From Catajapyx aquilonaris (lineage: Eukaryota): a stretch of 64,000 nt of DNA. A program made the translations under genes and the position numbers. Positions 12,468 to 26,834 of the stretch are shown piece after piece. The notes beneath the pieces are model-generated. The model saw nothing but the letters and a program-made list of their open reading frames with translations. It was not told the DNA's origin and made no database searches. Where the stretch lies: positions 1 through 64,000 of the forward strand of contig JYFJ02000928.1 of NCBI GenBank assembly GCA_000934665.2. The letters run 5' to 3'. Each line of letters starts with the position of its first letter. The stretch's first letter is position 1.

Positions 12468-15400
12468 CAACGCAACAATGTGATTGTTTCATGCAGGCAT
12501 TTGTAAAAAAAGCATCCTTTAATAATGTTACGTCAAGCGTTCTACCAGCATCCATTGTTACCCAACTCCTTGAAAAAGTTAGCAGTCTCATGATAGGCCT
12601 CCCCGAATTTCCCAGGCCTGGCTGAAACAACAAAAGTGCGTATGAGAGTGGCGTAAGGCTCACTGTTCCCAACGACTCCCTACCCTTATGCATTATTAGA
12701 GTGCATCAAGAAAACAAACCACGCCCCGAAGCGCAATTCTTCCACATATTAATAAGCGCAAAGTAGGCCAAATCACCTTTTCAGTCGCATCATTTTGGGT
12801 GCCTCTACCTCAACGACGCCTGCTTAAAATGCAACCCAAAATTTTTGTCTCCCTTAATAAGTTTCCATAACTCCGTGTTATAGTGCAGCTGCTCTGGAAT
12901 CCGATGCGTCATGGCGGAACTATTTATGCAGTTGAGCAACTCTAGTGAAGCGACAGCGGGCGCATATAGTTGTGTTGTTCCGAAAGTTAGGGCCGCAAAA
13001 AGGAGAAACTAAGAAATGAATTCTGGCAGCGTAGTGTGCATTTGACACAGAGAGGCCGTAGAATGGACTCATGAGGCAAGTATCTCAATTGGGGGGAACA
13101 CTGCTTGTGAAATTTATTGGCGCGGCTTTACATGCTTAACTGAGGGGGGGAAAGGGGAAGAGGGAGGGAGGGGGGGAGTAAACGCATGGATGATCTTAAA
13201 TTCTCCGAAAGCCCGAAATGGACTTCAGTAGGATTTATCAACAGGGGTTAAACAGACCCCGGGGACCGGTAGCTGGAACTACAATGCGTGCACTCCTTTG
13301 AATGCATGATTTTCTGAATGTGCCCCCTTCCCCCCTCTCCATAATTTACGAAGCATGTAATTGGACGATTTTTGGTTTGCAGGTTTCCCCCAATGTAGCA
13401 CGCCATAACGCTTGCCAGCCCATGTTACGCACCGCTGCTTTCTTCTCAAATTACGTAACGCTATTATGGAAGTAAAATACGTTATACGTAACATTGGCCA
13501 CACCCTATTTCTGTGACGCTTTCTCCCCCTTTATAACGGCCTCACCTCCGTAAATAAGCATGCCCACTGCAGAAGCGGTTCCATCAAATGAAGAGCACTT
13601 GTGTGCGGAAATATCTGGCAAATTTCAAGGATCCAGCCACTATATTCTTTTCCCCCCTTGCACTACTTGGCAACTTGGAGATTGCGTCCCGAAATTGCGA
13701 GCGGTAAATCAGTGGCCCGCTTCCCAAACGCTAAGTATTATGTCAACCTTTGGCGGCTCCCTGAGCATGGGGGACGAGAAACTATGAGAGAAACCAGGCC
13801 GCAAAGTCCTTTGGGGGTCTGAGAGTGAAGGGGTAAGGGGAGAGACTGGGGAGGGAGGTGGCAGCAAGGGGGAGGAAGGAACCGAATTAAAATTCATCAT
13901 GGTGGCGGGTTGGTGACAGCGATAAACAAGATTACGGGCCGGAGTTGCCAGAGAGCTAAGCTAGATTCAAACGAAGACATCTTGACAATTCTCAGTTTTG
14001 TCCCAATGAGGGGGTCATGATCTTCAGGAAGTTTGTGGATAATGAAAGTCGACAATGAGATTTTGAATATTAGCTGGATTGGAAATAGGAAACTGAGTTG
14101 GGTTAGGAACAATGTGTAATCTGAGAGGAGCAGACGGGGAAGTAACGATTTGATTGCCTATGCAGTATTAATGTTGGCCCCCGCCACTAGTGGCCAGCCA
14201 GGAAGAGTAACCGTGAGGGGTGGGTCTTCAATTATGCAGGAAAAGCGAGGAATCGGAATGCAAACCCTTCCCGTCAGGAATAGCGATTCTGTCTATAGAA
14301 ATAGACGCCTTGATACGAAAGGAGCAAACGTGACTCCCGTAAACCACATCGATCCTCTCCAGTAGGGTAATTTGGGTTGGGAGAAAGGAAATTTGTTAAC
14401 TTTTTTTTCTTCTTCTTCTTCCTTACTTCTCGAGCTAGCTCTAGCATAGGAGCAAGTTTGGGGTGGAGTGTAATAAGTTCCCATGGCCCATGCTGTGGGT
14501 GCGTGTGTGGCTGCCCTTAATTGGTTTAATAATCGGCGAGGGAATTAGGAAAATCTGTCTTTGCAGAAACGTAGCGGCAGGATAGGGGTGTTTAAACCCT
14601 GGGAGTTGGAAACCCTCATCCTGAAGGTGAGACCGAGCGGAAACCTCAGACAGGAATTTCTGCAGCAGAGCAAATGGAGTGAAGAGACGGCGCTTCATGC
14701 AGAGACCGAGTTCATTGCTATGACACCCCCAATCGGACAACTCCTTCTGCGTAATGATTCCTAAAGCAATTGCTGCGGTCGGGAATTCGAGTGACGTACT
14801 CCATTTGCCACACCTGAAGAAGTTGGGCGGTAGGTAGTGCTATAGTGTGTCGAAATGACTCTCTAACCGACGGCTCGCGGCGTAATAAAGGGATATAAGG
14901 ATAGCCGTTGACTGGGAGCTTTAGGGAAAAGATATGGCTCTACCTAACGTAACAAAGAAGAGAACTAGGGCAAGGGAGGGCCCCTAGAGCTGTAAAAAGC
15001 AACTCGGGCAAGAGCCCTTGTCTTCCAGCAGACAGCTCATTCTGCTCCGTAATTAACAAGATGTCTGAGTTTCAAGTGCAGTCCGGCCTGGATAACATAT
15101 TGCAAAAGGAGGCTCAAGCATAAGATGTCGGTTTCGTAATTGCTAGCCGAACAGATGCTGGTGACGTGGTCAGCGGTGTCTTGTATAGTCAAGGCCTTGC
15201 TACGAAGTTAACTATTGCCAAGTTGCAATCTTTTCTAGCTACCTTTCCATTTTCAGCAATGCTTTTAGTGCTCAAAAGGCAGGCTGAGAAAAGTAGCCTG
15301 AGAATGCTTAATGGAGGAAGCCGCTGCAGGCTAATTACACAGATAATAAGGTGGTGTTTCGCAGAACATTCCTTCTACGACACCTTTCAGGCCTGGGTGA

Positions 15401-18400
15401 ATATTCGCCGACGGAACACGCGAGGCATTAGTAAATTGCCCGGAGATTAACGCAAATTGCAGTAACGCCCATGTTTCTCGACCCCTGCTGTAAGGAAGAA
15501 TATATTTTTTTCTTCCTCGTCTGCTCCATAATGGAAGCCCAAATTAGGTGAAAACTTAGATTAACATTTCAGGCAGCAGCAGCCTTGAAACCAAGGCAAT
15601 ATGGTTGCAGCCACAAAAGCGCAGGTTGTAATGAGCCAACCCTTGATATTGAATCAGTGTGAATAAGGTGAAAGTAAATTTTTTGACCGACCTACGTTAT
15701 ACGCTCTCTAAAACGTGTGACGCCAAAAGCGTTTTAAACCCGTACAGATATGGACTGCACTTGATTAGTTTGACAAACGGAAATAGCCCTTTTGGAAAAC
15801 ACTTGGTGATTACGTATGTTTGCTCTTTTTCCATTCGGACTCATATGATTCTTTTGTCAACAAACACCTGATGGCCGGCGTTTCCATTAATGAACTCGTC
15901 CCTTTTTCATCGCTGCAGCCTATGCGACGAGTGGTGTTGTCAGCTCGACACGAGTTCCCCTTGATTGCAGCTGATCACTAGATCACGTATGGACGCGACG
16001 ATTTGAACAGAGCTGAGTTATTGGCACTGGAACAATTACTAATGCAACGCTTAGCTGTTGACAAAATAAATGCTGCGTGCATCACGATGCCTGCGGGGCA
16101 TGCAAATAATGACGGGGGAGGGGGCCTCACTGCTGCACTCCAAAATTGTGCGCAACCCCCCCTAAATTTATCACGTATTGACTGACAAGAAGGGGGCCCA
16201 TAAATGTGTCCCATACCTTGTTGTTCAAAAAGGGTCGCAAGTAATTGGGGGTCATCCAGGATCAATGATTTGTGTCCCCCCAAGTCATCATAACAGGTGT
16301 TGGAGATCGATTATATTGATGACTATTAGTGGGCTGGTGTTTGTGACACCATGATGTTTCCTCAGGTGGAACCATTGTTTCTGGAAGGGAATGGGTGTAC
16401 AGTGATAGGCTGCAAAATATCGGAGCGGGCGGGTACCAAATGTTCCGTCATATTACTCCGGGGGAAGTTGACAGGACTTTAGCACACATTGCTGACCGCT
16501 ACTGAATGTTTGCACATTATCATTCATTATCAATGAATATTAAATACCCCCGGTTACGGTTCGGCAGCAATTAGGCATTAGTCGATTGGGATCAGCTGGC
16601 GCGTGAATTAGCACAGGCCAAGGTTTGAATTGATTATAGGCTAGGCTCCACGTATTTTTGCAAAATACAGGATGTTTAGGTCCCCCGACAGCGGTCAGTG
16701 GATTTGCCACAAGAGGCACGAAAGTGGTGTAATCGATGCGACTTTGCTCGACGGCAAAATGGAGAGGGTGTTGCAGCGGGCTCCCGATGATTATAAACTT
16801 GGCTCATTACTGCCTCCCAACTTCCACCCTACCATCCTCCCCTCCCCTCCCCTCCCCCCACCCCATCCCTTCTCCCTCTTCTACCCTTCATTACGCCGTG
16901 ACTATAATTCATGGGCACGAAAAGGGAGTGACAGAGGGATAGGCGAGAGACGCTCTTTTCGTCAGACACCGTCGATGCAAAATTCATGAAGCCCACCCCC
17001 TTGTCTCGTTTCAAGTGGATATGCTGGATTTTAGGAACAAACGCCCCGTACATTCCACTGCTCCGCTTCTGTCTCCTGCAACCGCAATTAGTCTGCGTTG
17101 TGCTTCATAGATGCAGATGAGTTAGCTGGGCGACCTTTATGCCACCGGGGAGGCCCAGCTAAACGCTAACGCACGCACAATGTTTGAAATGAGAGAAAAA
17201 TTGCAATTTCATGGCTTAAGCTGTGCTCATTTTGACCATCCCTAGACGTATGGACAAACTAAGCGAGATAACCAGATTAGAATCCCCCTCTGACAGTAGA
17301 GTGCAGCCAAACACGGGAGGGGCTGCGACGATGAGGCACATATTTCACGTGCATTACTCTGGCCAGAGAGAGATCTGTCGGTTTTAAAACCAGTTAGCTC
17401 AAAGGAGTCTGGGGGAGGGGGGAGTAGAGAGGGAGGGGAGGATTATTGAATTGGCGGCGCGACTTAGGTTTAACAGCCCCTTTCTAGGTCTCCCCCACCA
17501 ATTTGCGCGATCAAAATGGTAACAGTCTTGGGTGGCGGTTTCCATTTCCATATACCAAGTACAAGCAAGTGGGCTACCCCAAAACCAGCCGCTGGGCTTA
17601 CAATCCGGGGGATTCAAACGTTTTGGAGAAGATTATTCGCCGCAGCACCGAGACCATTATCAAAGTCGGGGGATAATGGAAAAATGAGGCCGCAGGGAAA
17701 TAACTTCCTTTGTGTAGCCGAGATGTACCCAAAAAGGTGGGAGTACAGTTCAGGTTTATCGACCGCCAAAACACACACACAATGTTTGTAAAAATTAATG
17801 CCCAGGGCCTGCAGGATGCGGGCTGCAACTTTGTGATCAAGTGGAGAAACTCGGCACTTTCCATACATGTATGTATGAATCCTTCTCTCATATATGTGGA
17901 ACTGGATGAGTAGTAAGCAATATTGCAATCGCCTGTAGTATTCAAACGTCGGCCTCAATCCTGATAAAGAGAGTCTACATGTGTGAAGGGAGAGCACACA
18001 CACGGAGAGCCCGGGAAACTCCAATGGCATGAGGGGATAATAAAGTTAGTTTAATGTGATGATGAGAGAATTGACTTCGCTCGCCAAATCCGCTTCCCGC
18101 AGATAAGGATTAATGATGTGTAGGGTGGGATGAGATGGGCCTTATATCGAGGCTCATTCGGCAGAAGTTTGGGTTACTGTAATTCAAATATTCATTCCCT
18201 TCCGTCAGGCACGCTGTGATAAATTAGTACAATGTGGATTCCTGGGGAAAAAAATACAAGCCCGAAATGGCGCCAAATAGCGCTATACACGTGCAACCCT
18301 GCTTATTTGTACTGGTGCTGGCTGGGAATCCACGGAATTCGTGGTCGTGACAAAGGGAACACAATCCCAGACCGGGATTACACTCAAGTAAATCCAAAGT

Positions 18401-20264
18401 CAACTGCAGGGGGTCCAGGACTAGGAAGTTAAGGGCCAAAACCACAATATGGCCATTTAACACCGAGCTAGTGCATGAAGGATTCAACAATTTGAGAACT
18501 ATCAACCCTTCCAAATTCAGTTAGGCTGCTTGACAGTGCCCTGGAGTGTCGGCTCAGCCATCAATAGGAAATATGCTTGCATGCAGTGCCACTGCAATGG
18601 AATGTTCCCGGAATGATAGTGAGAAGGGTTGGGCAGGAACGACATCTCACCAAAACTTGACGCCGTTTACGGTCAAAGACCAGCATCGGCGTCGCCATAA
18701 AATGGTGTTAAACAAGGCTGGCCCGGATCCTCCGAAGCTTCTCTGTTGTCGTCTGAGGCCCAATAGAAGGCGCTTTTTACTACTGGAGTGTCCCACGCGC
18801 AACCCCTTTCCGTGGCTATACTTGATGCAGCCTGCTTGCCCACACACCACCCAGTCCCTAAATGTGAGGATCCCCACATGGGGTTGGAATGGGGAGGGAG
18901 TGGGGGAGACCAAATTGACCGCTGCCCCTTTTCCAGGAGATTGCCCGCCTTCGTTTCACCAACTGCCGGCGCCCCCGCCCATAACCCCACTTGCTGGCTG
19001 GGGGGTTATTAAGTAGATAATTCCTGGATGCACGCACTCAAACCGTCCTAGCTCTCTCTAGGATGGAGGGATATTTTAGCGAATGGGATTTGGAGATTCA
19101 AGTCCCGGCATGGGCAAGTCCCTTGTCAAAAAAAATTACGTGTAACCTTCCATACTGGGCTGTAAAGGGAGTGTGGAGCCGTATGGGGGTAGAGTCACAT
19201 TCGGGTATGGAGAAAGGGTTTTTGGTTAGTTTGCATATTGATGGTTGCAGGGGTATTAATTCGGTGGTGTTAGCCTAGTGTTAATCCCTAGATATTCGGG
19301 TGGATGCTGAATTGGAATATGTCACCATAACTTTAGCATTTGTTATTGTTAGCCAACTTTCCAGTTCTGGTAATTATATGAAAGTTTTACAAAAACCTAA
19401 TACCGGTATATCGAGTTAAATTGCAGGTTTATATTGGGGCAAGCAATATATTGTGATGAACCTGAAACATATTCTAAAGACACTACGTTAATTCAATTGA
19501 GAAAAATGTGCATTCCAGTATATGTTATGCACAGCATTATAATGAACCAAATTGTGAGTATTGCTTTTACGAGCACTTGGCCCATTAATATCGGAAAGTC
19601 TATCGATTATCCGCACCTAGCGATCTTGGGCTGGCACGTCACTCTGGTTACTCCCGAGATATAACTTTTATAACTGTGGCTTGCTTTAGCGTTCCTTTCC
19701 GCAATAAAAATATTTATAAAAATGTTCCACGGATATGTCGTTAATTTAAACAATTACTCAAAGAAGTGTGCCAGCACAAGAACAAGGCATTGAAGCTTGT
19801 GCTTTTGCAATTATTTACACGGCAGAACTTAATACGGTAATTACAGATCAATATATCTCAAGGCACATTATATGAGGTAATCCTGCATTTATTGCTGTAA
19901 ATACTAGTAATTTATCGGCAAATAAGCAAATGATACTTTTTGTGGGGTCTCCTCGTCGGCAATAACCAATGAAAGCTGCACCTGGACACATCAAAGCATT
20001 CTTTGATAGTCGTCAATGTTGGGGCTGTCACCGGCCATGAGCATCAGCCCTTAAAATTAGCTGCTTGTTGCATGGTATTAGCTACCAAATTGCTCACTGG
20101 CGTAATTAAAAATTACATGCTGCATGGTATTCAAAGGTTGGAGTGAATTAGACGATCACCACTACAAAACCATTTTCATTACCATGGTCTAATAATATGC
20201 TAATCCAGATAGTGCTTGACCTCTTTGCGAGGAACACCGCCCGGACCTTTATTTACTCAAGATG

Positions 20265-20490
20265 TACTATACGTCGTACATAGAACCTTTTGTACAAAGC
20301 GCCCGAGCCCACGGGTGGAAGGGAGTGGATGCAGGGTTCAAGTGTGTGAGTTCACCTTGGTGGTTATCCTGAAGGAGTCCCACCCGAGGCGAACTAGAGA
20401 TGTCCCGACTCCAAAAGGAGGGTTTGGGATCGAACCGACATCCTTCCATCCGTGGGCGCGTAGGTAACCGCAGCACCACTCTTCCTACCC
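20265..20490 (-). mobile_element. tRNA-derived SINE, older copy
   Basis: Minus strand: A-box-like TGGTGCTGCGG (20468-20478) and B box GGTTCGATCCC (20426-20436) at tRNA-like spacing. Only a degenerate TTTAC..TCA..ATGTACT flank similarity, so no clean TSD. The 3' boundary is approximate. Confidence 0.55.
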
Positions 20491-23400
20491 TTTACGCTCA
20501 TCTAATGTACTCAAAGCAAGGCTGCAGCTGTCAACGAGCATTCTCCACATTCCTGCACCTATAATGTACTCTGCCTGTGCTAGGTGCACCTCTTCATGAC
20601 AAAACAAGTGGACATTCATGCCTACTACTTTTTCTCTCCACATTCCTGTCCACTTGTGAAGAAAACACCTGAACGCATATTTGCAAGCTCGCCTCTAATA
20701 ATATCCGGTGGATTTAGTATGGCCATCGACATTGAGCCCAGTAGGTACTTGACAGGTCGCATCAAATGGAACTCAATTTACCTACCGTTGTAATTGTGAC
20801 TCGCTCATAGCATCGGCATTCCCCATTTTGAGACTATTCAGGCTGAGCCTGAGAGAGTCGGCCACATGATTAACAGTTGCTGGGATCCGTCGGAGGGTAG
20901 GGTGATGTGGTATGGTGCAGTAGGGTGGGTGGGGATGCGAGGCTCGAAACAGCTATCGTAGAGCAGGAGGAAAAGGGAGGGGTCTTTGTCACTCAAGGAG
21001 ATTGCTAGGTCTGCTCCCAGTCTTCAATTACGTAGGAATTGGAGCTTGGAGTGGCCTTCACGCCCGAAATTCTGGAGGTTCAAGAGCTGTAGAAGGCAGA
21101 GGGGTTTTCTATACACCCGGAATGTAGAACATGTTTTCCCACACTGGTCTAAGCTGCATAATCCCTGTAATAATCTGGAAGAGAGAGGTGAAGCTCTTTT
21201 TAGAGGAGTTCTGTGTTCCAAATCTGGTGCCATCAGAGAAGTCTTACGAGTGGAGTTCTTAGCATTTGCTGCTGAGAAGAGGGGCAATTTTCAGCGTGAT
21301 GACTAGGGCTCCGGGGATGGCTCCATTTAGAAGGGATTTCTAATTATGCGATCCCCGTGAGAAGCTGGAGCGGACAATCTGCACCTGGAGTGAAGTGGTG
21401 GCTTTCCGTTGGGTCGGGTTTTGCGGAGGTGAGGCGCGGCGGTGGATGGAATGGAGGGAGAGAGAGGGGGTCGGTGGAGATGCATGTGCACAGAGAGGAG
21501 CGGCCCATATCGTCTGAGTAATGGATCCAATGTTTGTGCAAATCTTGGCTCTGCAGCGGTGGATGTCGCTTGGGAAATAATGGGAGCCGCGTGGCCCGCG
21601 ACTGGACATGTATGCAAACGGAAGAAATCCATTAGAGGGCGACCCTATCGCTTTTTCGACTTGGAGAGAGCAATTTCGGGTGTTAATCAAGGGAGAGAAA
21701 ATTCGATGTTGCCACACATCCAGTTCAAAATTGGAATAGGTCGAAACGTGTGGATGGTGGGGGGGATATCGATGAGGCTGGATGTGAGCATAACCTAGTT
21801 TCCCCTTATTCTTGCATTTTATAATTGATTTGGAAAGAGACATAGGCCAACAAGTTTTGATTTGACATGTACTGTGTGGTTTTACGTGCATGGTACTGAT
21901 CATTAATGAAGCTCGTCGTCAAACCGCGCACACCATGTTCGTCATTTTCGGGAATGTCAGTGCTTTGGTAAACACCAAACTTCATGAATTTGTATCTGAC
22001 ACGCTACAGTGGAAGCTAACGGTGGAAAATGCAATTTTGACATTTTGAATGCAGTGAGGGTGGTATGAAATAGTCCCCACAAAGGTCGGAGAGGCTTACC
22101 ACTGTTTGTCAAATGCAATGGAAGATACGTTGAATGCAGAGGAAACATTGGCAGGAAGCGCAGGGTGCTTCACAAAATGTCCCCCCCCCCTCCCCATTAT
22201 CATGTGACACGGCATGGATTTGCTTCACACCGCACTTTTGCCCTCCCTTCTCTCATAAATTTCTTCTGTCGGGTGCACGGAGTAATTCCGGCCGAAACGA
22301 CCTCCGTTTAAGTACTCATCTTAAAGTTCAATCTTACGATCCGCCCTTAGAATGTTCCCAGTAATCACTTTTTGTCATTCAAAATGCATTGCTGATGAAT
22401 TTATTTGCTAATGGGAAAAGTTGCCGTTGTCAGCAATAATTATTTCGAGTGAAATATTTCTGAAACTTGGAAGCAGCAGGAGCCAGTAAGCGTCCATCAA
22501 GAACTGCGAGTATGACAGTAATGCAACATGAATGGCCGCTTTAAAGGGTGGTTTTTACTATGCGACTTTTTTTACGCGCATTTTTGCAACAAGACCAGTT
22601 TTAGTGCAGGGTAGCACCTACATTAATGCAACACTTGAAGAGAGAAGTGGAGGCTAGACTTCACTCTTTATGGCCATTTGTTTCTCACTCCCGGATATGG
22701 TGCCTTCAAATTAACGCCAGCAACGCTCTGCCACGTCAACCTGTCCATTTACATTACGTGCCACCGGACAACTGCACTCGGACAAACAGCACAGCAGCTC
22801 TGCAAAGCGATCAGAAGTAATCCATCGATTTAGGGTAGGTGGGAATTAATTGATTAATAGCCGTGGAGCCCACCCAATTCCGGTTGGATGTTAATCTCGA
22901 GAATTAACAGATTGAGGACTAGCGTAATCCTGACAAGATGGGCTCGACCCGGAGGATATGCGTCCCCAAGGGGAAATTGATGACCCAGGGAAGCCACATT
23001 GGCTTTTTGTCCTCATTGTTGCGCCCTGGCCCAGCTCAACAAATGCTCGTTAAGCGCTACCCGCAAAAGGAGCTGATGTTGCTAATGTGCTTCAGACAAA
23101 CAGATTGGGGGGAGGCCTTCTATCAAATGGAGCCTAAGTACTAGCATGTCACGCTAATTGAGTTTTTTTTGCAACTTTTTGTGACAATGGAGATAAATGT
23201 ATCTGAAGTTGCTTCCCAACTTTTTAGCCTGCCACATAAATACCGTCCCAAGTGGCATGTTCAAGTTAAAAAAGTATTTCCAATTTGACGTAATGGAATT
23301 AGATAATGATGATGGCTGTAAATAAGGTCGTGGAGAAGAGATTTGTCAGATACAGCCAGAGATAAATTTTCCAGCTGGTCAAGCCTGTGGCGCCTCAGGA

Positions 23401-25423
23401 AGAAACCGTGTCAGGGCAGCATGTCTACCGAAAATTTTGGCTGCTTCTTCCTCAATGACGAAAAAGGATTAAGGGGGCGCAGTTGCCAAAACGAGCTCGA
23501 CTCTACTGGGCCGAACTGGCTGGCCAATTCATCACGGCCGTTTTCTTCTCGTTTTTGATCAATAAATAGCTCTACAGGAGGTCCTGCTAAGGGGATATTG
23601 CGCTCAGTATGGATCCAATCCCTACTAGAGTCTGAGGATCCCGTTTCCTCGTAATTTGCACCTCCTAAAATCCGGCCTTAGCTTGTAAGCCTCTGGTGGC
23701 TGTGAGTGATGCATCTCACATGGCAGAGCCCCTCCTAGCCTATACTATATATGCGAGTCCGGCCCTGTGGAAACATGTCAACACACACCACACTTCCACA
23801 TGCACATTCCCTTCCCCTTGCAAGCTTCTCCTTTGTCTCGGGACAACACTTCAGTCAAGCCAGGGAAGGATTTATTTTGAGACGTCCCTGGAGTCCCAGC
23901 GTTTGTAAAATGGATCCTGTTGACATCACGGGGGTCTCCTTAGAAACCCAAGTTTCCACCTAGTTTGTGTTAGCATTCGGTTTACGATTCCAAGCACTTG
24001 TTTGCTTTGTGGGGGGAGGACTTAGATTTGACAGTGTTTATCAAACCACTTTCTACAGTACGAATAACGTCTAGTCTGGTAAAAGTCGAATCGCAGAGGG
24101 TCTAGAAAGGCAAAGGTTGCTGGGGGCTGTGGACTTAATAATATTAGCTCTCGTAAAAAAGTCATCCTAGGCACGGCAGAGTGATGTAAAAAAAAACCGA
24201 AACGTCGTGTTGAACCCTATGAATAACAAATAACCGCGAGATGTTCTGTAGCGTGCAACACGCAGAGTTTGTCGCTTTAAATCCACCACTGAGATCATTT
24301 CCACTGGATGCAACTCGAAATCTTCTGTATACATTAACATACATGCATAAGATGACTTTCCCCTCGGAGAATTGGAGATGGAAACTGGGTTTACAGTTTC
24401 AGAGTTTGTGTAACGGTTGTTCTGGCCTCTAATGTGCTCCATCCTCTATTGTGTGTTCGAATTAGTGCGACGTGGTGAAAGTGGCGTGAGCGCAACTTCT
24501 ATTCCAATTCATGCTAGCTGTTATTTCCCGATTTTGTTAGTAGCTGAGAAAAACGAGACAAATATGGGCTTAACTGAGGGCAGGCTAAAAACAAACGGCT
24601 GGAAATGATACTCTGGGTCCCATGCTGCTCTCTGAAAAGTACAATCACACTAGGTCGCATTATCCTTTATGGTGGTAGATAAATTATGCCTTAACTTCAT
24701 CTTATTGGTGGACCCGGGTGGAACAGGTAGCCAAATGCATTGCGGTAGGCAAATGAATTATGAAGTGACGTGTACATTGTGTTTACTTTTAATTTGAACC
24801 TGCTAAATTAGCAAAACTAGCTGAGGTGGAACAGTCTGAAAATATTCTGTGTCCCTTTTCATAAAGCATTGAAAGTCAAACCAGTGGTATTTGCATTTTG
24901 AGTTTTATGAATATCACTAATTTTTCTGAGGCCAGTTCCACCAAGTTGGATATATAAATTGAATTGAATAGATCGGCAGAAAAATGGCATATCCCAGTTA
25001 GCCACAAATTTTATGAAAGACGGATGACGTTTTTAGTCTGTTGTAGAATTCTTTCCGGTTTATTTCTGCCCATTTTTGGGAGTTTTGTTCTATATTTTTC
25101 CCGTAGCTTGTACCAAATGATCAAGCTCCAGGAAGCAGTGTTTTGTCTCGTTATGCATGTATGTCTCATGTATGCGAATATCTACCACCACAGTAAAAAA
25201 TACAAAGTGTTTGTTGGGCAAAAAAAGAGTAGCCCAATCTACAAAATTTTCACATGATTACGGTCGATGTCATTTCACTGACGTGTTTTAATGCGAAATG
25301 GAAGTTCTGAAGATCAATTTGGATACGCCCTTCTTCCGATTCTTACATGCCCAAGTCTGTTATGACGCCCTTTTTCGTCAAATAGATATTTTCGTGGGCA
25401 ATAATGAAATTATTAATAGCTAA

Positions 25424-26185
25424 CGAGGGTTCATCAAATGAAGAGATTAAAGTGCAATAAAATTATTTAAAAACTCGCCCGACTGGATCCAATTTGGCAG
25501 GAACATTTTCGGGCTCATATGACACTCATAACATCATGCAGTTTGCCGATATATGGGGTGTGAATCGGACAAGTATTGTGTAAAGATGGTGGCGCCCTTT
25601 CGGATAATATATTATTCACTAAGGAGCGGATAGCTATTTTTCTATTTTGTGCATGAAGGGACAAAACTCAGCTTAATTTATTGGAGAATGCAGGGACAAT
25701 ATGGATCTGCCATGTATCTCACAGTCAGGTGTCTACGAGTGATGTAACCAGAACCGTGAAAGTATGTCTGATAGACTCTACGCACTCTACCATGCGGATA
25801 AAATCGAGCTCTGTCATCTGGAATTTGGTACAGAGCTTGTACACACATGATTACGAGATACAAGGGATGTTCATATTGTTTATCTATTTTACGATAAATT
25901 TTGATTGGCTTCGTCCTTTTTATGCACAAAATAGAGGGACATCTTTCCGTTACTCTTCGGTGAATGACTGAAGGGGGCACCGCCATTTTTGCATGCTATT
26001 GTCCGACTCATCCTTTACCTACTGACAAAATGTATAAAGCTATATACAGTATACCATACATGTCCACAAAATTTGTAGACAAGTATGGTATATGTATATT
26101 TAATATCTCTCTCATATGACATTCAAAACGGCAGGGTTTAGACAATTTTGTAGCTTTTAAAACATTAATATTTGATCTACCCTCG
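25424..26185. mobile_element. Mariner-derived foldback MITE (~760 bp) with two inward-facing 5' ends
   Basis: Left TIR CGAGGGTTCATCAAATG at 25424. Right TIR TA-CGAGGGTAGATCAAAT on minus, ending 26185 (TA at 26186-87). The + arm ATG at 25586 leads to ...EGTKLSLIYWRMQGQYG. The - arm ATG at 25986 leads to ...KRTKPIKIYRKIDKQYEHP. Both are mariner transposase N-terminal-like and homologous to the 11455-12467 locus. Confidence 0.8.
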
Positions 26186-26505
26186 TACATCCGACCCGGT
26201 GCAGCAGGAACTGAGTAATCTGCATATGAAGAACTGAAATTATTTCTGAGAAGAAATTATTCAAGTTATAAACTGCTTCATCAATTGCGTGAGGGTATGG
26301 GAATGTCTACACTGTTGTAAGGAAGTGTAAAACCTGGGAGATCGTTTCATTTGCATTGTGTGAGGAAGAACAAATCAATATTACTACATTCTAAAATGTG
26401 GGTATGAATAACATAATATAGTACCTACATTGTTTTAACTGTAGGTAATATCATTATTCTGACATGAGTTATGTCATAATGTGCCCTTGATTAGGATATA
26501 CTATA

Positions 26506-26834
26506 CAGTAGAACCCCGATTATCCAACCTCGGATTACCCGACCTTCCCGCTCCGGCAATAATAATATGTATTTATTCATGGAATATACTGTAATGTGCT
26601 ACGCATTTGTTTGTTCTGCCGTAGTTAAATTGTAAATACAGTACAGTAGAATGTGTGTAAAGGAAACTTCACTATTTCCTAAGAAACCCATAATGTTGTA
26701 CGTTATTTCATGTTTTTATAATATGTTTTTGTTGTGTTTTATTAAAGGTTTTTACTCCTCGGATTATCCTATACCTTTTCTGTTATCCGACGATGTCCCA
26801 GTCCCGTTGGTGACGAATAATCGGAGTTCGACAG
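26506..26834. mobile_element. pogo/Tigger-like MITE (~330 bp)
   Basis: TA-CAGTAGAACCCCGATTATCC on the left and GAATAATCGGAGTTCGACAG-TA on the right. TA TSD, with subterminal GGATTA(T/C)CC repeats. Confidence 0.8.

Noticed and set aside
23605..23640. 14-nt match on minus to miR-929-5p as I recall it (GACTCTAGTAGGGA)
   Set aside because: The seed region does not match, there is no 60-70 nt precursor hairpin, and a match this long is compatible with chance.
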